Source of the DNA: the human T2T-CHM13v2.0 reference genome, Homo sapiens
Assembly (NCBI RefSeq): GCF_009914755.1
Contig: NC_060928.1
Length of the DNA: 64,000 nucleotides
Reading direction: 5' to 3' (one strand)
Under the pieces are notes generated by a model. It worked only from the letters and a program-made list of their open reading frames with translations, was not told the origin of the DNA and did not search any database. Below, in pieces: positions 27,038 to 40,596 of the stretch. How positions within the stretch are numbered: position 1 is the first letter of the stretch; each line of letters opens with the position of its first letter. The translations under genes were made by a program, and so were the position numbers.

Positions 27038-29297
27038 TCCAGATGTAAAGGAAAATCTACTAGAAACATAAATAAAACTAAGTAGTAGAAGAAAATATAA
27101 GAGATTATGTTGTTGCTATAATTTTGTAGACAAGAAAGCTTTTCTGGAAAGACACAAAACCTAGAAACTAGGAAACAAAAGACTAATAAATGTGGACAGT
27201 ATGAGAATAAAAATTCAAAGATGCCATAAAATAAAAAAACTGACAGGCTAGGAGAAAATATTACAAATATAATGTACATATTAAAAAGAGGATTATAAAG
27301 AAATTTTTAAATTTTAGTAAGAAAAAGACAAACACCACAATGGGCAAAATATTACAGAGTAGGCAATTCATAGGATAAATACGAATGCCCAGTTTCACTG
27401 GGAATCAGGCAATATAAATTAAAATAAAATATTTTTCATCCATTGACAGATAATATCTAATGTTTTCAAGGATAATTTTTCAGAATCTAAAATCAACATT
27501 TAAAAATACAATTTTCTTTCTAGAAATTTAGTATAAAAATACTTGCACATGTAAGCAACCAACTACGTATATGGAAGTTCTTTTTATTTTAACAGGAAAG
27601 ACTATAAATAACCCATATATCCATCAATACTATGGTTAAATAAATTATATATGGAATAATAGCTACCTTAAGAATAAAGCAGATTTACACATAAAGGCCT
27701 AAACCACAACTATCTGTGCTGCTCATTTTGTCCCATCACCTCTCATCTCTTTTGCCTACATTATTTATCTTCATGAACTTATTAATAGTGACATTTCCCC
27801 CCAATTTATTGTCTTCCTCTCACTTGAATATAAGTTCACTTGGACAAAGAACCTATTTTGTTCCTTGCTCTATCCCCTGTATCTAGAATAGTGCCTTAAA
27901 CATTAACTACTTAAAAAATATTTACCAAATGGATACATTAATATTGATGCAGAATGATCTTCACATTGTTAGGTGGAAAAAAGCAGCCTGAAGCAAAAAA
28001 AACAAAAACAAAAACAAAAACATGGTATGTACCTATTTAAGTTGACTTAAAAAGCAAAATAAAGCATATACACATGTGCAAGAATGTACACAAAAAATTT
28101 CAAGATGGGTAAACCCAAGTTATTAACAGTGGTAATCAAAGAATGAAATCAAAGAGAGAATTGTACCTTTTTACTTACTCCATACCCTTCTATATTGCTT
28201 ACCTTAAAAAAAAAATGCAGTTTTCTACCGTGATTTTTAGCAAACAATTAATGAGAAAAAACAACTTCTTTAGACTTTCAAACAAAAATATAAAGAATCA
28301 CCCAACCATTTACATATTTCTAGAATAAATTCTGAAAGAGCTATCATAACAATTTGTATTGTCTTGAGATATATAGGATTAACTTGCTGGTACATGTAAC
28401 TCATCTGAAAGTATGCATATGCAACCTCATTCTTTTTAAATGAAAGAAAAAGTTTTGGCAACAAAATAAAATATTGTAAGAATTAGTTAAAGCAACTGCT
28501 CGTTTTCTCAAGATAAGTAAAATCAGGAACATATTATGTTCTCTTCTTTTAATTCTTTTTCTTTTAATTCTTTTTCCTTCCTTTTGAAAATCAGGTTTAT
28601 TGAAGTATACTTTAGAGTAAAATTCACCCTTTTTTCGTGGTACAAATCTACGAATTTTGAAAAATATATAATCTACAATTAAGATACACAGTATTTTAAC
28701 ACTCAAAAATTTGTCCTGTCCATTTGTAGGCAATCATGTACCACTACCTTTTGCCTCTAACAATCATGACTTTTCTGTTACTTTCATTTTTTCCTTTCCA
28801 GAATGAATGGAATCACAGGTTTCTGAATGTAGCTTCTTTCTCAAACACATAATGCTTGTGAGATTCATAAATGTTGTAGCATGCATCAGTTCATTTCTTT
28901 TTAATGGTGAACAGTACTTCATCATATGGATGTATCACAATTTGTTTGGTTATTCACCAGCTAATGAACATTTAAATACACTACTTTATGCAGGCATGGT
29001 TTCACTTCTCTTAAATACGTACATAAGAGGAGGACAGGTCATATGAGAAGTGTATGTTTAAATTTATAAAATACTGCCAGACTTTTACGTGACACCACTA
29101 TACATTCCTACCTGCAATATATGAAAGTTCCAGTTGCTACATATTCTCACTAGCTTTTGGTATCTTCTGGCTTTTCCCCCCTTTGTAGTTTTACTCTGCT
29201 TTTCCCTAATGGCTAATTAATGGTGTTGAACACCTTTATCTTGTGTTTATTTGCCATCAGCAAATCTTCAATAAAGTATCTGTTAAAACCTTTTCCT

Positions 29298-29598
29298 GGC
29301 TGGGTCCCTGAGGCTCACATCTGCAATTGGAGCACTTTGGGAGGTCAAGGTGGGCTGATTGCTTGAGCCTAGGAGTTCTGCAACAGCCCTGGTCAACGTG
29401 GCAAAATCCCATCTCCACAAAAAATACAAAAACTAGCCAGGCGTGGTGGTGCACACCTGTGGTCCCAAGTACTCGGGGCTGGGGCAGGAGGATCCTTTGA
29501 GCCCAGGAGGTTGAGGCTGCAGTGACCCATGATTGCGACACTGCACTCTAGCCTGGGTGACAGAGTGAAACCTTGTCTCAAAAACAACAACAAAAAAA
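29298..29598 (+). mobile_element. AluJ-type
   Basis: J diagnostics ttgagcccaggaggttgaggctgcagtga. Confidence 0.93.
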
Positions 29599-31142
29599 TC
29601 ATCTTTTTATTGGGTTTTCTCAATATTGATTTGTGAGAATTCTTAATATATACCAAACAAGTCCTTTATCAAACACATGGCTTGCAAATATTTTCTGCAA
29701 GCCAGTAGTTTGTCTTTTTATTTTCTTTTTAGTATCTTCTGAAGAACAAAAGTTTTTAATTTCAATGAAATCCAAATTATCGGGGGTTATTTTATGTTTG
29801 TGGTTTTTTGCCATATATAAAATACTTCTATCTAACCCAAAGTCACAGATTTTCTATGTTCTCTTCTAGAAGTTGCATTGTTTACATTGAGGCATATGAT
29901 TAATGTCAGGATAATTTTTGCACATAGTGCCAAGGAATAGGTTGAAGTTCCAAAACATAGGTTGACAGTCAAACGTTTCAGCATCATTTGTTGAGAAGAC
30001 TACATTTTCTCTATTGAATTGCCTTGGCATCTCTGTCAAGTATTATGTATCTTCCCTAGACTATTCTGATCCATTAATATATGTGCCACACTGTTTTGAT
30101 TAGCTTTATAATAAATCTTTAAATTCTCCAACTTAGTTCTTGCTTTTCAAAACCGTTTTGGTTATTATAGGGCCTTTTCTATATAGATACTAAAAAGCTT
30201 GTAAATTAAAAAAAGGAGAGGATCTGGTGGGATTTTGATTGGGATTGCATTGATACTCTTGTTTTCGGGGGAATTTACATTTAACAGTATTGACTTTTAA
30301 AAATACATGGAAATATATATACTATACATTGTAGTATATATCATATACTGTAATACAGCTGAAACATCTGGCTATCAACCTATTGCTTGGGACTTTAACC
30401 TACTCCTTCCACCATAGGCAAAAATTAACCTGAAATAAATCATAAGCCTAGATACTACATATTTTTTCATGTATTTAGGTCATTTTTTATTTCTCTCATT
30501 AACTGTTTTTTTTAGTTTTCAGCACAAAAACTACATACATACTTTATTAGATATATGCCTAAGTGTTTCATGTTTTTTGGTGCAATTAGAATTGGTGCGT
30601 TTTTAAAATTTCATTTTCCAAATGTTCATTTCTAATATATAGGAATGGAAAACGTTGCTAAACTCACTGATTAATTATTGTAACTCTCTTATATTCCTAG
30701 TTTGCTAAGAATTTTTTGTTATCAGTGGATGATGAATTTTGTCAAGTTCCTTTTCTGTATCTACTGTGATTATAATTTTTTTTCTTGAGTGTGCTGATAG
30801 TGAATTACATTGATGGATCAGTAAACGTTAAACAATTTAAACCAACTTTATATTCCTAGGATACACACCATTTGGTGATGAGCTATCTTGTTTACATATT
30901 GTTGGACTGTTTGCTAATATTCTATTAGGATTTTTTATCTATGTTCATGATATATATTGGTTTTAATTTTCTTTTCTTATAATATCTTTGCTTGGTCTTG
31001 GTATCAGGGTAATGCTGGTCTCATAATGTGAGTGGAAATGTAATCCCTCATCATATATTTTCTGTAAAAGTTTGTGAAGAATTAGTATTATTTTTACCTT
31101 TAACATATCATGTAATATGTGCACGAAGTCATGTAGACTTAA

Positions 31143-31488
<346 letters not shown>

Positions 31489-31651
31489 CTAACAGATATT
31501 AGTCCCTGTTAGCCTTTTAGTGTATATGGGTGGGATGGGAGGCAACATTACATTTTTTCACTGCCAGTGTTAATAATTTGTATGTTCTCTCCCTCTGTTA
31601 GTATGATTAGAGCTTTAGCAGATTTAATGATTCTTTCGAAGAACCATGTTT

Positions 31652-31944
31652 CTTTTTTTTTTTTTTTTTTTTGAGATGGAGTCTCACTCTGTAGCCCAGG
31701 CTAGAGTGCAGTGGCAATCTCAGCTCACTACAGCCTCTGCCTCCCAGAGTGATTCTTCTGCCTCAGTCTCCCGAGTAGCTGGGATTACTGGTGCCTGCCA
31801 CCATGCCCAGCTTATTTTTGTATTTTTAGTAGAGATGGTTTTGCCATGATGGTTAGGCTGGTCTCAAACTCCTGACCTCACGTGACCTGCCCACCTCGGC
31901 CTCCCGAAATGTTGGGATTACAGGCATGAGCCACTGCACCTGGC
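31652..31944 (-). mobile_element. AluS-type
   Basis: Antisense Alu consensus. Confidence 0.93.
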
Positions 31945-33195
31945 CTTAGTTTCTGTTGCTTTTAATTTCATTGATTTTCTTATCTTATTCTTTCTTCCAT
32001 TCTGCCTGCTTTGGTTCAATTTGCTCTTCTAGTTTCTTAAGTTGGAAATTATTATATCGCTGATTTGAAAACTTTCTTCTTTTCTGACCTAAGCTTTAAT
32101 CGTGTACCACAAATTCTGATATATTTCATTTAATTCAAATATGTACCATATATACACGTATGTGTATGTTTATATACATATATACGTTTATATTTACACA
32201 CACACACAAACATATACTTATGTCTGATTTTAAGTGAGCAAGGATCTAGTGTTCTAATGTTACTTCTGTTTACCATTGTTTGTCAAGCTAAGAGTATTCT
32301 TTTCTGTTGGATCTCATCCAAATAGTGAAAGTTATCCATTCAGCAACTATTTTATTGAGCACCTACAGTGTTATTGGATGCTGAGTTACATAAGTAACTC
32401 ATAAGTAAATAGATAATAATGTTTGCTATCTTAGCTTATTGTAAAAACTAGCTTTTGATTTAAGTGAAATGGGAGCCAATGGACAGTTTTGAACAAAAGA
32501 ATTATAAAATCTGATTTACATTTTAAAGGGAATTGGAATACTTAAGAAATCTGATTTTATTATTTGAGCTTTATTAAGTTTTAGGGAATATATACACATG
32601 TATGTGTATGTGTATGTGTGTGTATATGTATATGTATATAATTAAGACAAAATCCCATAATTTATTTGGTTAATGATAGTCTGCTAGTCATTCAGAACCC
32701 AGGACACATTCTGATTAGGACCTCTGAGCCACCAACTCCCTACCAATCACTCTAAAATGAGCAGCTCTGAAACAGCTGTTAGATCTTGTGGGTGCACTCC
32801 CCAGCTACAAGAGGGGCTCTTGTAGTAGAAGGTGAAAAAGGAGTTACTATGCAAACACCACTGAAGTCTTATATTCCTACAGCCATATAGAGAATACTGT
32901 CTGCATTATGAAAATCAAGGCTTATGTGATGTTTACAGCAATACAGATAACTGTGCTATCATGCAATAAATGCAATGTGATAAACCTCCCAATCTGTAAA
33001 ACACCACATTAAAATAATATAGTTTAGGGAGAAAACAGAGCTGGGGACATTCTACTCAATACTTACGCAACTCTGTAGTCAGAACTCTGAGAGAAAGAAA
33101 CAGCAATTGTAATACAAATACTAGCACACTTAAGACATATTAAATTCCAAGTCTTCACTTTTAAAAGAAGAGAATCCTGTAAAAAGCACTTTCAA

Positions 33196-33483
33196 GGCCA
33201 GGTGCCATGGCTCATGTCTGTAATCCCTGCACTTTGGGAAGCTGAGGTGGAAGGATAAACTTGAGGCCAGAAGTTTGAGACTAGCTTGAGCAACATAGCA
33301 AGACCCATCTCTATTAAAAAAATTTTTTTTTTAATCAGCCGGGCATACGAGCATGCTCCTATAGTCCCAGCTACTCAGGGGACTGTGCCCAGGAGTTTGA
33401 GGCTGCAATGAGCTGTGATCAACCACTGCACTCGAGGTTGGGCAACAGAGCAAGAGCCTATCTCAAAAAAACAAAAACGAAAA
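33196..33483 (+). mobile_element. AluJ-type
   Basis: Alu consensus; degenerate TSD ending actttcaa. Confidence 0.92.
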
Positions 33484-34868
33484 CGTACTTTCAAGAGAGA
33501 ACATTGAGCTAAACTGAAGAAATTCAGGTAAATGAACATTGTATTAAATATATGTTTTTGGCTTGTATTCAACTATGTTAGTATACTTTATATTCAGTTG
33601 ATTTCATTTGGTGCTACAAAACTTATAAATATTCAGGAAAACTATGTATAAATGATTGTAACTTCAGATTTAAACCACCATCATTCCTCTAACTTTAGAG
33701 TCTCCATACATACAATCTAAAAACTTTTTAAAAAAATTATGCCAGGAAAATAGGTATATACTAGAATTGTCCCAAACAAATTAAAACATGTGGCTACTCC
33801 ATCTACCTGCTAATTGTCTGCAAGTATTCACATTATAGAAGCATTAAATACAGAATAGTTTTACTAAAATATCACTGACTTTGACCCATTACCTAGTGAT
33901 AAAATAATCATCATTTAATTGGCAATATAAATATTTAAGACTATATAATGAGACTTTTAAATTATCCAAACAAATTTAGTTTCTCAACGAAAATGAAAAA
34001 TTTGGTATACTGCAAAGTATACTTAACAAATTTGTATACCCAATGGCTCTGTGTTTCACTTGATAAAGAATTAGGTTATATAAGGATAGGTCTACTTGAC
34101 ACTCAAAAATCTCCAAGAAATTTGGGTAACTTGTCTATATGGTATGCTGGCAAAATGAATGAAATATGTATATGCAAAATTTCATCCAAAACCCATAATT
34201 TTGTAAAAGGAGAAAGAAAAATTAAATGTTATTAGTCATGACTCAACATTACTATTTCAAGAATTCTTAGTATAAACAGTCTAGTATGAGAGCAAAAAGA
34301 AAAAAATTAAAAGATAACTTACTCTTACTATACTACAGCTTTGCCCAAAGTCACAAAGGAGATTAAATCAAAATTATAAATATTCCTTTCACTGGACATC
34401 TGGCCCCCACCACAGATCCCAACAAAATCAAAGCTATCCTTTCCCTTAATGATACTCAAAGACATTCTCCCATGAATTGTATGATAAATTAGATGAGCCC
34501 AAACAAAATAAACTACAAATGTCAGGAATTGTGAAGGTTAAATATTCTGGGTAAGGAAGGTGACGTAAAACTTGTAACACATAAAAAGATATTCAAGAGT
34601 TTGAAGAGTATAGCATCAAAAACTTAAACTACTCTTTGGGAACAAATTCAAGAGAAAACTTCTATAGTATGCTAAAATTCTAAATTTTCCCACTCTTCCC
34701 AATACATTTCATTCTAGTCATGGGCTCAAATTATACCTCAAGATTATGAAGACAAGACATCAGCAATCATGTTACTGTTATAAAAGTCATCTCCATGAGT
34801 GCCCTGAGCCTTTCTTCATGGCTAATCAGAACTGCTACCCTAACAGGCTGCGAAAACATACAGTTTGG

Positions 34869-34869
<1 letters not shown>

Positions 34870-34904
<35 letters not shown>
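34870..34904. repeat. (TG)n microsatellite
   Basis: Direct observation. Confidence 0.97.
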
Positions 34905-34905
<1 letters not shown>

Positions 34906-35164
34906 GGGAGGAGGGAAGGGGAAAACAAGGAAAGTAAAAGAACAAAAAAGGAGGGAAAAAAAGCCAGCCAGAAAGACAAAGAGAAAGGCGAGATGCCAAG
35001 CACCTTTCATTCATCAACCTCCCAGCAAGAATTTAGCTGAGAAAAACATTGTCTCAATTTCCCATTACTTTATATAGAGTACCCCTATTAATTTCATCTT
35101 CTCTCAATTGCCTTCAAAACATCAACTGTAGAGGCATACCTCAGAAATTTAACAATTACAGTTC

Positions 35165-35497
35165 CTTCTACCTGGAATTCATGAAGATCTTCAAATGGCT
35201 AGCTGCTTCTCAACATTCAGGTCTTTGCTTAAATGTGTCACTCCTAAGTCCTTATGAATACCTCCTCCCCTCAGTCACGGTCTGCCCCATTATCCTGGCT
35301 TTATTATTTAGTAGTACTAATGACTATATAAAACTGTAGTATTTATTTTCTTATCCAAGTATTGTAGTTGTCAGTCTTTCCAACGACAACGAAAGCTCAA
35401 TATGAGTAATAACTTCATCTGTCTTTTTGTTGTAGTTTGAACCAAGAACAGTGCAGGACACCTAGAGGGCAGTCAATAAACATTTGTTAAATGAATA
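35165..35497 (+). mobile_element. L2 3' end fragment
   Basis: Ends cagtcaataaacatttgttaaatgaat; ttcaggtctttgcttaaatgt motif. Confidence 0.65.
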
Positions 35498-35909
35498 TTA
35501 CATTAGTATATGTCCTTTCTGAAACTAGAAAGACATTAAATGCTAAAAGTGCTCTTATTCTAACAGAGATTTTCTTATATTTTTTATCCAGCTCAAATTT
35601 CATGTGAATTCTGTTTTACAGATACAAGCAAAAAAGGAAACACAGAAGAGCTTTTGTCTCTATAAACACTGATTATGGAACAAAATGGATTTAGATTACA
35701 AAATAAAATTATACAGGAGGAAACATTTTGTCTAAATTTCTTAAATATTGAAAAAGTCTACCATGACAGACCATAAATCTCCCCATCTGAAATTTTTTAT
35801 AAAGTACCAGGCAATTCAAATGTCTGCTTCCATTCAGTATTTAGTAAATAAATCTTTACTCTCTTGGAGAGTTTTCAGGCACATTGCTTTAAATCCTCTT
35901 TGTCTCAGA

Positions 35910-36216
35910 ACAGTGGTTCTCTACTTTAGCTGCACACTAGAATTATCAATAAATAAATAAAAATTGTCATCGGGGTACATACTTACAGTCCAAGGTACTT
36001 GGAAGGTTAAGGCAGGAGGATCATTTAAGCCCAAAAGTGTAAGACGAGCCTGAGTAACATAGTAAGATCCTGTCTCTTTAAAACAACAACAACAAAACTA
36101 AGCCTGGGCCACGTTCTCAGATACTATGATTTAATAGTTTTGGGGAGTGGCCTGGGCATAGGGATTTTTTATAGCTCCCCAGGTGATACTAATACCAGGT
36201 GAAGGTTAAACCACTG
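35910..36216. mobile_element. MER5 (hAT-Charlie) interrupted by a FLAM monomer (~35970-36098)
   Basis: TIRs cagtggttctc / aaccactg; gctccccaggtgat motif. Confidence 0.7.
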
Positions 36217-37964
36217 CTTAAAAGATTAAAATTAATAACTCCATTATGAAAGTAGTTTATTATATAAAGATTATAATAACCTATCTTGACTGAAAGGCAT
36301 TTAGTCATTCTAAATGCCATTAGTTTTTGTTGATATTCAAAAACTGCCAATTTATAAGTCACATAAAAAATCAGAATTCTTCTTTCCCATCCTTTCTGTC
36401 AGTTATTAAACAAATGCTTATCAAAAAACCTGTAATTTCTCAATACTGTGCTAGGCACTGAAGAACCAGATCCCTGTACTCTTGTAATCAGTCATTTCCC
36501 TCCACCTTTCAGATGCCTCCACCTCAATCACCACTATGTTCACTCTCTCCTTTCCAACAAAGGCTGAACTTAGATACCCAGAATAAAAAAGGTATAGCTT
36601 TATGAATTAATCACCTGCTTAAACAGTATGGGCGGGGGGGGGGGGGGAGATTCTTAATCTCATCACAATACTGCATGTATTACAATATAAATTTTAAAAT
36701 AAATTCTAGCAAGACTAAATAAAATGCCATATAGAGTAATATTACCTGAATTACAGGAGAACAAAAGACATAAAAAGTCACAAAGAATAAGAAAAGACAC
36801 ATTTATTTAAAATGTATGCAAAAAATATCCCAAACCAAAAAATGTAAATAACAGTCAGAAAAAAAATGTTTATCACACTTGACAAAGATTCACATCAATA
36901 TACAAAAATTCTCTAGAAAAATAAAGTCACATCTCATTAGCAAAATGGCTAAAGGGTATCTATAAACTTTTTTTACTATAGGGAAATTGGAAATAACCCA
37001 GTTATGCAACAACACAAATGCACAGTAAGTTATATTCCCAAGCTAGAATATTATACAATCACCAAAATAATGATTTTCAGAAAAATTAATAAAATAGAAA
37101 AAAAAACTACAGGAAAATGTAAACAGTGCGTGAGGAAAAAAAGCAAGAAACAAATATTTTTAAATAATACAGTCCCAATATATTAAAAATGTGTATATAT
37201 CTGTATTTGCACAGAGAATGAACTGAAAGGAAATGTATCAAAATATAACACCATTAATTTTTCTAACACAGGCTTATAATTCTCTTTGAACCTTTTTATG
37301 TTTTCCAAGTTTTCTATGAGATTTTGTAATTAAGTTTTCCATGTCATTCCTAAAGAGCTAATAATATAGTAATTGCCATTAGGAATAACCTGAAACAGTT
37401 TATTTTAAATTGCTTTAAAATGTATTCACTTTTCTAAACATAAGCTGCTTGGAGCAATTTTCAGGCTTTCTCACTAAAAATGTTTAGGTTTCCTTAAGAC
37501 ATACTGTGAAACATAAACATATTAGATGCTGCTATACAAACATGGACACTATCTGGCAGTCATCTGTGGCAAAAGCATCTACAATGGCACTGCACTGACA
37601 CTATTTCTATTGAGTACATATTACACAAAATGAAATGACTTCACAACTAAACAGAAAGGGCTACAAAGACTAAGATGTGGCACTTTATTAGCCATGAAAG
37701 ATTTTTCACTGCAAATTTGCCACAGCACAGTAGGTCTACTTTAGCATAATTCTCTCCACCAATCAGTAGTTCAAATACAGTACGATGTGGCTTATAGGCA
37801 CAACAGAGCAATTGGGACTTGGAAAGACTTCCCACCTCTTTTCAGACAATGAACAGGCATAAAAGAGTATGACCCACTGAAAAGAAACGATGAAGTCAGT
37901 CCTACTCCTTCCCATCTTTCTGTCAAACCTAGCAGTATTTACCAAACCCAAGGCAGGAACAGGA

Positions 37965-37997
<33 letters not shown>

Positions 37998-39121
37998 CAG
38001 AACTGAAGTCTTACTTAGTTCAGGAGAAAAAGATCAGAGTTTAGAGAAATTAATGCAGCTAAAACGTGGGGGCAGAAAACTAGGGAGAATTGGGAAAAGA
38101 ACTATTGAGGAGCTGTAAACTAAACAATTATAGAAACTCCAAAAGATTGGTGGAGAAATATCAAAATCTAACCAGCCAGAGGAGAGAGATTTCATTGAAC
38201 ACATAGGTATTTAGCAGAAAATCCAGAAAGGCTACACATACCAGTAGGGCTATTCTAACTTTAGAGTACAGACTACTAGAAAGATGATCTAACAATGCTT
38301 CAAAACAAGCCTTAAAAGGATAAAGCTGATTTTCAAGTAACCTTACAGCCAAATATAAATACTCTTTAAAAGAGGACAATACAATCCAGACATTCAACAA
38401 TATAATATCACAACATCCAGCATCTAATAAAAATCAGTAGACTTGCAAAGGAGCAAGAAAAGGTGTCTCATAATTAGGAGGGAAAAAGGTAAACAGAAAC
38501 AGATGTAGAATTAGCAAACAATAACTTTAAGACAGTCCTTTTGCAAGTGCTCAATGATTTAAAGAAAATGTGAAACAATGAGAGAAATGAAGTCTATAAA
38601 ACTGAAAGATCAAATAGAATTTCTAGAGCTGAAAAATACAATATTTGAAATAAAAATTCACTGGATGATCTGTCACAGTTAATTTAGACATTGCACAAAA
38701 AAAGATCAGTGAACATCAAGATAGCAGTAGAATTTATAATAGCAAATATAAATAGCAAAACTATAGGCTTATTTCCTCTGGTTGGTTAGATCTTGATGTT
38801 TCTCAACCAACCCTGTGGGAGTTTCTATGTTTGTTTAGTTTACAGCTCCCCAACACTTCTTTTCCCAGTTTTCCCTTTCCCAGTTTTCTGCCCCTACTTT
38901 TTAGTAGAAAATGCCTCAGTTTCTCCAAACCCTCATCTTTGTGTCTTGAACTAAATTATAATAACAAATGGCAAAACTAAACAATAAAGAGAAAAACAGC
39001 TGAAAAAAGATGTACAGAGGCAATGTTATTTTTAGGACAATATCAAAATATCTAAAAACGTGTAACTGGAATTCCAGAAAGAGAGAAGGAGGGTAGAAAA
39101 AACATTTAAAGAAATAATGTG

Positions 39122-39427
39122 GGCTGGGCGCGATGGCTCACACCTGTAATCCCAGCACTTTGGGAGGCCCAGGCGGGCGGATCACGAGGTCAGGAGATCG
39201 AGACCATCCTGGCTAACATGGTGAAACCCCGTCTCTACTAAAAATACGAAAAAATTAGCCGGGCTTGGTGGCTGATGCCTGTAGTCCCAGCTACTCGGGA
39301 GGCTGAGGCAGGGAGAATGGTGTGAACCCAGGAGGCGGAGCTTGCAGTGAGTCGAGATCACGCCACTGCACTCCAGCCTGGGCGACAGAGCGAGACTCCG
39401 TCTCAAAAAAAAAAAAAAAAAAAAGAA
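39122..39427 (+). mobile_element. AluY
   Basis: Y diagnostics; TSD aaagaaataatgt. Confidence 0.96.
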
Positions 39428-39722
39428 AAAGAAATAATGTCTGAAAATTCTCAAAATTGGATAGAAAAATATAACCTTACAAATCCAATACGTTCCACAG
39501 TCTTCAAGAAAAACACGAAGAAAAGTGCACCAAGGCACATCACAATGAAACTACTAAAAATCAACAACAATGAAAAAACTCTTAAAAACAGCCATGGGGG
39601 GGAAAAAACCATCATGTGCACAGAAAGGAAGATAAGAATGACTGCTGACTTCTTATTCAAAAGAAGGAAAACCAGAAATCACATGAAAAAGACCTTTAAA
39701 GTGCTAAAAGATAAACAATCTT

Positions 39723-40007
39723 GTACGGGCGCGGTGGCTCACGCCTGTAATACCAGCACTTTGGGAGGCACAGGCGGGCGATCACGAGGTCAGGTCACTG
39801 AGACCATCCTGGTAACACAGTGAAAACCCGTCTCTACTAAAAATACAAAAACAAAATTAGCCAGGCGTGGTGGCGGGCTCCTGTAGTCCCAGCTACTCAA
39901 GAGGCTGAGGCGGGAGAATGGCGTGAACCCGAGAGGCGGAGCTTGCAGTGAGCCGAGATCACGTCATTGCAGTCCAGCCTGGGCGACAAAGTGAGACTCC
40001 GTCAAAA

Positions 40008-40043
<36 letters not shown>
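39723..40043 (+). mobile_element. AluY-type
   Basis: Y diagnostics; TSD aaacaatctt. Confidence 0.95.
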
Positions 40044-40045
<2 letters not shown>

Positions 40046-40596
40046 CAATCTTTCTTTCAACAAAGTTTTCAATATGCAGTAAAAATATGCTTCAAAAATA
40101 AGGGAAAATAGATATTCTCAAACAAAATCTGAAGGAATTTGTTGCCAGCAGACAAGCACTATAAAAAATTTTTTTAAAGTAAATTCTTCAAGTGGATAGA
40201 AAATGATACCTAATAAAACTGGATCCACCCAAAGTAATAAAGAGCACTAGAAATGGCATAAAATGGATATCTTCTTTTTCCTCATTTAAGAAAATATCTT
40301 TAAATAATAAGAATCTATTCTGGCGATTCACAACATAGGTAGAAATAAGATACATGACAATATTCAGACCAGAGACATAAGAGAAGGAATGAAATATACT
40401 GTCGTAAGGTTCTTAATATTTTCGGGAAGTGGTATTATATGTGACAACAATTATTAGCTAACACATATATATTACAAGCACTAGAACAATCACAAATAAA
40501 ATAATAAAAACAGGTAATACACCAATAAAAGGGACAAAAAGGAATACTAAAAATACTCACAAAATACTTTTCTTGTGAGTAAAAATACTCACAAAA

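Noticed and set aside
36630-36649. Poly-G run (G-quadruplex potential)
   Set aside because: Isolated homopolymer with no regulatory context; the transcript strand is C-rich.
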